Shown here: positions 16,004 through 21,636 of the stretch, piece by piece
Numbering within the stretch: the first letter of the stretch is position 1
Layout of the letters: each line of letters starts with the position of its first letter
Origin: Candidatus Ratteibacteria bacterium
GTDB taxonomy: Bacteria; Ratteibacteria; UBA8468; B48-G9; DTJG01
Length of the DNA stretch: 21,636 bases
Assembly (NCBI GenBank): GCA_049971295.1
Contig: JBMFLH010000018.1
Location: 1-21,636, forward strand
Direction: 5' to 3'
The notes under the pieces: model-generated
Told to the model about the DNA's origin: nothing
Databases searched by the model: none
The model's input: the letters and a program-made list of their open reading frames with translations, nothing else
Translations under genes and position numbers: made by a program

Positions 16004-16510
16004 ATGATGAAAAATAAAAAATCAAACATTTCTGAAATTATACTCGTTACAATTATATGTATTGCGGCTATCACAATAATCATTGTAAACAAAACGACAG
16101 AATCGAGATACAATCAAAAGATCGCTGCCAGCAGCAAAACTTATAACGCGCCAGAAGAAACAAAAAACACTCAATTGGAAACAGGCATAAAACAACCCGA
16201 ACAAAAGAAAACTGAAAAGAAAAAAAACATTCCTAAACTCATTGACCTTGGGGCAGATAAATGCGTGCCATGTAAAATGATGGTGCCTGTTCTGGAAGAA
16301 TTGAAAAATCAGTATCAAGGAAAACTTGAAGTGGAATTTATTGATGTATGGAAAAATTCAGAAGCAGGAGATAGTTATAGAATCAGGTTAATACCCACGC
16401 AGATTTTTTTGGATGAGAACGGAAATGAATTGTACAGGCACGAAGGATTCATGTCAAAACAGGACATCCTTAACAAATGGAATGAACTCGGATACAAGCT
16501 GGAAGAATGA
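16004..16510 (+). CDS. Membrane-anchored thioredoxin family protein
   Basis: N-terminal TM segment, DLGADKCVPCKMM, IRLIPTQIF, RHEGF; RBS GGAG before ATG 16004/16007. Confidence 0.85.
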   Translation: MMKNKKSNISEIILVTIICIAAITIIIVNKTTESRYNQKIAASSKTYNAPEETKNTQLETGIKQPEQKKTEKKKNIPKLIDLGADKCVPCKMMVPVLEELKNQYQGKLEVEFIDVWKNSEAGDSYRIRLIPTQIFLDENGNELYRHEGFMSKQDILNKWNELGYKLEE

Positions 16511-17214
16511 GAATGTATAAATTTTTTGAATCCCTTTCGCATGCTATTGAAGGTTCTCCTGTCATTGCAGTTTCTGCATCATTTATATGGGGTATTTTAA
16601 GTATTCTCTTAAGCCCCTGTCATCTTGCAAGTATTCCTCTTATCGTAGGATTCATCAGTAATCAGGGGAAAATTACGACAAAAACCGCCTTTTATCTATC
16701 CGGTATTTTTGCGTTCGGAATATTGTTGACTATCGCACTGATTGGGTTTATTACTGCAGGATTGGGAAAAATGGCTGGAAATATCGGAGCTTCTGGTAAT
16801 TATATTGTCGCAGTGGTTTTTGTAATTATCGGATTGTATCTGCTTGAAATCATCCATATTCCTTTTCTATCCACGTGCTTAAAACCAGATATGAAAAAAA
16901 TGGGTATGTTTGCTGCATTTGTACTTGGCTTTGTTTTTGGTATCGCTCTTGGTCCGTGCACATTTGCTTATATGGCGCCAATGCTTGCGGTAGTATTTAA
17001 ACTGGCTTCAACCAAATTTTTGTATTCCGTAGGGCTTCTTGGTGCCTATGCAATAGGACACTGCTCAGTAATTGTGCTTGCAGGAACATCCGTTAAAGGT
17101 GTTCAGAAATACTTAAACTGGGGAGAAAAATCCAGGGGAATCAGCATCATCAAAAAAATATGCGGAGCACTTCTGATCATTTGCGCTATCTATTTAATCA
17201 TTACAATAAAATGA
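16507..17214 (+). CDS. ccdA: CcdA/DsbD-type transmembrane disulfide reductase (cytochrome c biogenesis family)
   Basis: SILLSPCHLASIPL and GIALGPCTFAYMAP: two PC motifs in an approximately 6-TM protein. Confidence 0.85.
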   Translation: MRMYKFFESLSHAIEGSPVIAVSASFIWGILSILLSPCHLASIPLIVGFISNQGKITTKTAFYLSGIFAFGILLTIALIGFITAGLGKMAGNIGASGNYIVAVVFVIIGLYLLEIIHIPFLSTCLKPDMKKMGMFAAFVLGFVFGIALGPCTFAYMAPMLAVVFKLASTKFLYSVGLLGAYAIGHCSVIVLAGTSVKGVQKYLNWGEKSRGISIIKKICGALLIICAIYLIITIK

Positions 17215-17630
17215 AAAAAATATTATTTCTTTGCACAGGAAATTCGTGTAGAAGTCAGATGGCAGAAGGCCTGGCAAATTATTATGGACGGGGCAAAATA
17301 CAGGCATTCAGCGCAGGACTGAATCCCTCAATTGTAAATCCCTTTGCAATAGAAGTGATGGCTGAAATTGGCATTGATATATCAAAACATCGTTCGAAAA
17401 ATCTTGAAGAATTTCTTGGTCAGCAATTTGACTTTATCATAACGCTTTGTGAAAGTGCAAAACAAAATTGCCCACTTTTCCCGGGAAAAGCAACAAAAAT
17501 TCACTGGGATATCAAAGATCCAGCAGATGCCACTGGCAGCAAAGAAGAAATTCTAACAGAATTTAGAAAATGCAGAAACATCATTAAGGAAAAAATTATA
17601 GATTTTTTGAAGGAAGTCAATCCCGATTAA
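17211..17630 (+). CDS. arsC: Thioredoxin-dependent arsenate reductase (LMW-PTP fold)
   Basis: ILFLCTGNSCRSQMAEG, ITLCESAKQNCPLFPG, HWDIKDPA; ATGA overlap with the ccdA stop. Confidence 0.9.
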   Translation: MKKILFLCTGNSCRSQMAEGLANYYGRGKIQAFSAGLNPSIVNPFAIEVMAEIGIDISKHRSKNLEEFLGQQFDFIITLCESAKQNCPLFPGKATKIHWDIKDPADATGSKEEILTEFRKCRNIIKEKIIDFLKEVNPD

Positions 17631-18804
17631 TCTGTTTCAGTATTCTGGCTTGTATAAGAATAGAAATAACAAGGGCTACACAGGGAAAAATCAAGAATTG
17701 CATTATTCCTGAATTTAACATCACACCTGAAATAAGTGGACCAAAAACAGAGGCGATTCCGACAAGTGCTTCATTAATTCCAATATTGAAACCACTTTGT
17801 TTTTCATCGTTTATCGCATAGAAGACAGCGGCATAAAATGCGTGTCCAGAGTATATTCCAAGTAACCCGGCAAATAAGAAAATTCCAAAAGAATTTGCAA
17901 AAATCAGAGGCATTGTCAGGGAAATAATACCTGCACATTTCATTAAATTATGAGATAAAAAGTTATACCTTAGTTTTTGATAAAACGACGAAAAAAAACC
18001 GGACAGGGCTTGAAAAATAAAAAACACAAAAACAGCAGTTCCTGCCATTGATTGGCTAAAGTTGAAAAATGAAATTGTCAGTTTTGGCAGCAGATACCTG
18101 ATGCCTGTGGTCACAAGGGTTACTGTAAAAATTTCAATCCAGGCAATCCGTGTATAGGATCTTATAAATTTCTCTGAATGCTGCTGTGCTGAAATTAACT
18201 TTGACATAGAACAATGGACGTTATTACCAGTATTTCGTGAGACAACTATTCCAACAATAATTAACAGAGAACAAATGAAAACTGGCAGTTGTGCATAAAA
18301 AGTGCCTGCACTTATAAAAAAGCCTTCAACGAGTGAACCAAACGCCATCCCGCTGCTCCACGATAGTGTATACAAAGCAGCAGTTCTGTAATGAGCAATG
18401 CCTGTATTATCTCCCATAAATAGCTGAAAACCAACAAAGAAAAATGACGAAACCAACCCTCCGGCAAACAAAAGGACAAAAAGTGGAAAAATGCTGTTAC
18501 ATGCATAAAAAAATACTCCAATAAAGATAAAACCCGCACAGGACGCAATCATAAAAGAAGAGGCATTTTTCTTATTAATAAATTTGCTTAAACCCAAACT
18601 TGAGAAAAAATATGTGATTCCCCAAACTGAACCGAGTGTTCCAAGAAGAACAGGTTTTGTGCCAATTTCCACTGCTCTGATGGCAGAAAACAGTAGCACA
18701 GCTGCTACAGAAAGGTCCATCAATGCAGGAAAGAAATATATCCATAGTTTGCTTTTTATTAATCTGTTCATTTTGTATCGGGTAGGTAAGCTTCCTGTTA
18801 TCAT
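17617..18804 (-). CDS. MFS transporter
   Basis: 395 aa with roughly 12 hydrophobic segments; GINEALVGIASVFGPLISG MFS-like C-terminal motif. Start could be 18771. Confidence 0.75.
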   Translation of the reverse strand: MITGSLPTRYKMNRLIKSKLWIYFFPALMDLSVAAVLLFSAIRAVEIGTKPVLLGTLGSVWGITYFFSSLGLSKFINKKNASSFMIASCAGFIFIGVFFYACNSIFPLFVLLFAGGLVSSFFFVGFQLFMGDNTGIAHYRTAALYTLSWSSGMAFGSLVEGFFISAGTFYAQLPVFICSLLIIVGIVVSRNTGNNVHCSMSKLISAQQHSEKFIRSYTRIAWIEIFTVTLVTTGIRYLLPKLTISFFNFSQSMAGTAVFVFFIFQALSGFFSSFYQKLRYNFLSHNLMKCAGIISLTMPLIFANSFGIFLFAGLLGIYSGHAFYAAVFYAINDEKQSGFNIGINEALVGIASVFGPLISGVMLNSGIMQFLIFPCVALVISILIQARILKQINRD

Positions 18805-20034
18805 TCAGTAAAGGAGATACTTTTTTCTTTTTTCAAGAAAATCAACAATCTGGCTGCTATACCATTTTTCAATGCTTAAATAATTTTCACCAGAGTCGAT
18901 CTTCTTTCTGATTATGTCTGTACCGCACGCGTTGTCAAATGTGAAAATACGATTTTTTATATCCTGCCTTGAAAAATCAAATTGACCGGGATAAAGCTTT
19001 TTTAATACCTCCATAATCATAACTGCAGTCAGAAACGGTTTCACCTTATTTTTATCTGTAATAACAATTCTTGCACCCTGACAGAACTGGTCCTTAAATA
19101 TACCATAGTATGGCTTAAAATAAAATGGGTGAAAATATACTCCCTCTATTTTTTTGCTATTTAATTCACTTGTAAATTTTTTTGCATCAATCCATGGTGC
19201 GCCGATAATTTTGAATGGAAGAGTATATCCGACACCAACACTCACCAGAGATAATTCGCCAATTACACCTGTGATAGGATAAAACCACGGTGTGTCTGAC
19301 TCAGGGATATGTGGAGATGTTGGAATCCATGGAAGAAAAGTATCCTGCCATGTCATATTCCTTTTCCAGTTTTCCATTGGAACTACTGTCAGTTTGCAAT
19401 TTATGTTGAGTTCTGAATTGAAAAATAAAGCCAGTTCACCTGCTGTCATCCCATGAACATAAGGAATTTCTGCAATTCCAATAAAAGATTTGAATTTTGG
19501 GTCAAGAACCGGACCATCCACAATAAGCCCATTTACTGGATTGGGTCTATCAAACACGACAAATTCCTTGTTATATTTTGCTGCCTGCTCCATTGCAAGT
19601 TTCATGGTGCTGATGTAAGTATAAGACCTTGAACCAATATCCTGGATGTCATAAACAATCACATCAATATCTTTCAATCTTTGTTCTGGAATTGATCTTG
19701 TCGAACCGTATAAGCTAAAAATCGGGATGCCTGCTTCAGAATCCTTTGTATCATCAATATTTCCCTGAACACCGCCAAAAAACCCGTGCTCTGGAGAAAA
19801 TATGCACACAAGTGTCACATCTTTTACTTTCCTCAAAATATCAACAACAGAGTTAAAACTTGAGTCAATACCTGTTTGATTCGTAATCACACCAATCCTT
19901 TTGCCGCGCAGTATATCAAAATTTCTTTCCTGCAAAACTTCTAAACCGGTTTTCACTCTCTCTGCATTCAATAAGGCAACCAACTGCAAACAGAAGCAAA
20001 GTGCAAAAAAAATCTTCTTATATTTCATAATCAT
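18805..20034 (-). CDS. namZ: Exo-beta-N-acetylmuramidase NamZ family (DUF1343)
   Basis: Signal peptide, VKTGLEVL, GVITNQTG, FSPEHG, SLYG, DIQDIGSRSYTYISTM, DRPNP, HGMTAGELA, WIPTSPHIP, RKKYLLY. Confidence 0.9.
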   Translation of the reverse strand: MIMKYKKIFFALCFCLQLVALLNAERVKTGLEVLQERNFDILRGKRIGVITNQTGIDSSFNSVVDILRKVKDVTLVCIFSPEHGFFGGVQGNIDDTKDSEAGIPIFSLYGSTRSIPEQRLKDIDVIVYDIQDIGSRSYTYISTMKLAMEQAAKYNKEFVVFDRPNPVNGLIVDGPVLDPKFKSFIGIAEIPYVHGMTAGELALFFNSELNINCKLTVVPMENWKRNMTWQDTFLPWIPTSPHIPESDTPWFYPITGVIGELSLVSVGVGYTLPFKIIGAPWIDAKKFTSELNSKKIEGVYFHPFYFKPYYGIFKDQFCQGARIVITDKNKVKPFLTAVMIMEVLKKLYPGQFDFSRQDIKNRIFTFDNACGTDIIRKKIDSGENYLSIEKWYSSQIVDFLEKRKKYLLY

Positions 20035-21635
20035 TCTGCCTTGAAAGCCATTTCTGGCGGTTCGTATGTCACCATCAAATCCTTGATATAAATTTCCTGT
20101 CTTTGTACTGGCTTATATTCTGTCAGGTAAAGAACCTTTTCAGGAACAGTAATAATAAGTTTTTTAAATTTCAGGGGGTACTTCACAACACCGTCTCCAG
20201 TATATCTCCACTGACTGCTATATGGCCAGTGATAACCTTCTCCAGGATAATTTCCTGGAAGTGGAAATTGAAGGTATCTCCATCCTTCAAAATTGATATA
20301 ACTTCTTTGCCATGCATCATCTGTATTCCAATCACAGAGATTTGAAGTTTTCAATTGCGCAAACTCCTCTGGCTTAAACCAATCAGCCATCCATCTTGTC
20401 GGTTCACCCTCCTGTTCTGCTCCAATTGATATCCACCTCTGGCCAGAAGCATCTTCAAGTTCTAAAATTACTCTACCCCAACCGCCATTTCCATTGACCA
20501 TCAAACCAATTTTTGTTGGTACGCCGGGTATCTCGATACCTGTTTTGTGAGAAAGCACTTCGTACATCGGTAGGTATTCTGAACCCTCTACTGGTAATTT
20601 TGGTGTTATCTGCAATACACTGGTTTCACCCTCAAAGTCATCCACGATTTTGAATTCAAAATTACCCTTCCTTCGTGGACAGTTGAAGTTATAAATCTCA
20701 AGTTCCCTGTTTTTTTCTTTTTCAACAATCCATTCATCAAGGTTATCAAGTCGCGAAATTAAGAAATATGCTGTCGGTTTCTTTTCTATATATGACTTAC
20801 CTGCATTAATTTTTTCAGCTGCCTGATCAACATTAATAAAAACTGGTTCTGATGAAATATTTAAAAAAACAGATTTTCCTTCTGATTTAAAATTAGCTTC
20901 ATTTCCTCTTGAACCCAGTAGATCAGCAGGAAATTTATGCCTGCAAAATTCTTCAAGCAACTGTGGAGCACCGTTTCCAAAATAAATTTCTGTCTTTGGA
21001 AAGTACTTCCTGATTGCTTTTGCTGTTTGTTCTGCAATGTTCCACATTTCCTTAAATTTCTTTTCTTCTGCTTCACTCAGAACATACTTTCTTCCAGTAA
21101 AAACATCTGGAACCCTCATAATATGTTCACCTGAAATTGCGTTTTCATGAAAAATCATCAATCTTTCAGGTGGCTTTACGGATGTATCAGTTTTTATTTT
21201 TTCAGCCAGCGCCTCTATTCCTTTTACATCCAATTTCATATCATTTCCTTTGATGATTCCATATTTTTTTCTCACCTCATCTGAAAATCCAAACATTCCG
21301 TACCTCAGGCCAGCTTTCACGTAAAGAGGTCCTACAACGTCCGGGTCATCGCATGTAAAATGTCCTCCGCAGAAATCCCAGGTTCCAAATGGTGACTCAT
21401 GACGATACTTCCTATCATCAGGAGGTGATAGCGCAAAACTTGTATATCTGGTAAAAACTGACTGCCTGTTCACCTTGAGAGTAATTGCCAGGTCATAATA
21501 ACCTCTCTTAGGAACCTGTAATTTCAATAGTACTGTTTTTGGGCCAAAATTTGGAATCTTGATATCAGAAATCGTAACAAATGTCTCATTTCCATAGTAA
21601 TCTGTGGCTCTTGCTTCAATATCACATTGCCTGAT
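20031..21635 (-). CDS. Large hypothetical protein, 3' part (possible glycoside hydrolase-like; may carry an internal deletion)
   Basis: The frame of listed ORF 20031..21527 stays open to the window edge (IRQCDIEARATDYYGNE...). It has an Ig-like segment before SPFGTWDF, then IFHENAIS, and a Trp-rich C-terminal beta domain; ATGA overlap with namZ. Confidence 0.65.
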   Translation of the reverse strand: MRQCDIEARATDYYGNETFVTISDIKIPNFGPKTVLLKLQVPKRGYYDLAITLKVNRQSVFTRYTSFALSPPDDRKYRHESPFGTWDFCGGHFTCDDPDVVGPLYVKAGLRYGMFGFSDEVRKKYGIIKGNDMKLDVKGIEALAEKIKTDTSVKPPERLMIFHENAISGEHIMRVPDVFTGRKYVLSEAEEKKFKEMWNIAEQTAKAIRKYFPKTEIYFGNGAPQLLEEFCRHKFPADLLGSRGNEANFKSEGKSVFLNISSEPVFINVDQAAEKINAGKSYIEKKPTAYFLISRLDNLDEWIVEKEKNRELEIYNFNCPRRKGNFEFKIVDDFEGETSVLQITPKLPVEGSEYLPMYEVLSHKTGIEIPGVPTKIGLMVNGNGGWGRVILELEDASGQRWISIGAEQEGEPTRWMADWFKPEEFAQLKTSNLCDWNTDDAWQRSYINFEGWRYLQFPLPGNYPGEGYHWPYSSQWRYTGDGVVKYPLKFKKLIITVPEKVLYLTEYKPVQRQEIYIKDLMVTYEPPEMAFKAE

Positions 21636-21636
21636 A

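Noticed and set aside
9370..21134. Numerous antisense or alternate-frame ORFs in the track (e.g. 9370..9771, 10112..10360, 15275..15622, 20103..20345)
   Set aside because: They are shadows of well-supported genes and have no independent motifs.

Overview
AT-rich bacterial chromosomal window, probably from an anaerobe with an outer membrane, showing extensive gene decay. Left part (0.9-6.1 kb): a folate C1 / Wood-Ljungdahl methyl-branch operon, fchA-folD-[metV::rnfC fusion]-metV-metF-formate transporter-fhs. Only the three methylene-THF reductase (MTHFR) genes are intact. fchA and folD are joined by a deletion, the formate channel is frameshifted twice, and fhs is frameshifted and cut by an IS1595-family element that lacks a target duplication. 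Middle: a hydrolase remnant, a PHP-domain gene, and tRNA-Leu(TAG) followed by a 270-bp GC-rich structured element bounded by a copy of the tRNA 3' end. Next come a LolA-like exported protein, a QueG-like/U32-family Fe-S gene pair, a second deletion chimera and a stand-alone MetH activation-domain gene. Right: an ArsR-permease-thioredoxin-DGC-thioredoxin-CcdA-ArsC operon with two matching palindromic operators, then convergent MFS, NamZ (DUF1343) and a partial large hypothetical gene. The most notable items are the MetV-RnfC fusion MTHFR and the tRNA-linked A-B-A-B hairpin element. All family assignments are from motif recognition by eye, without database searches.
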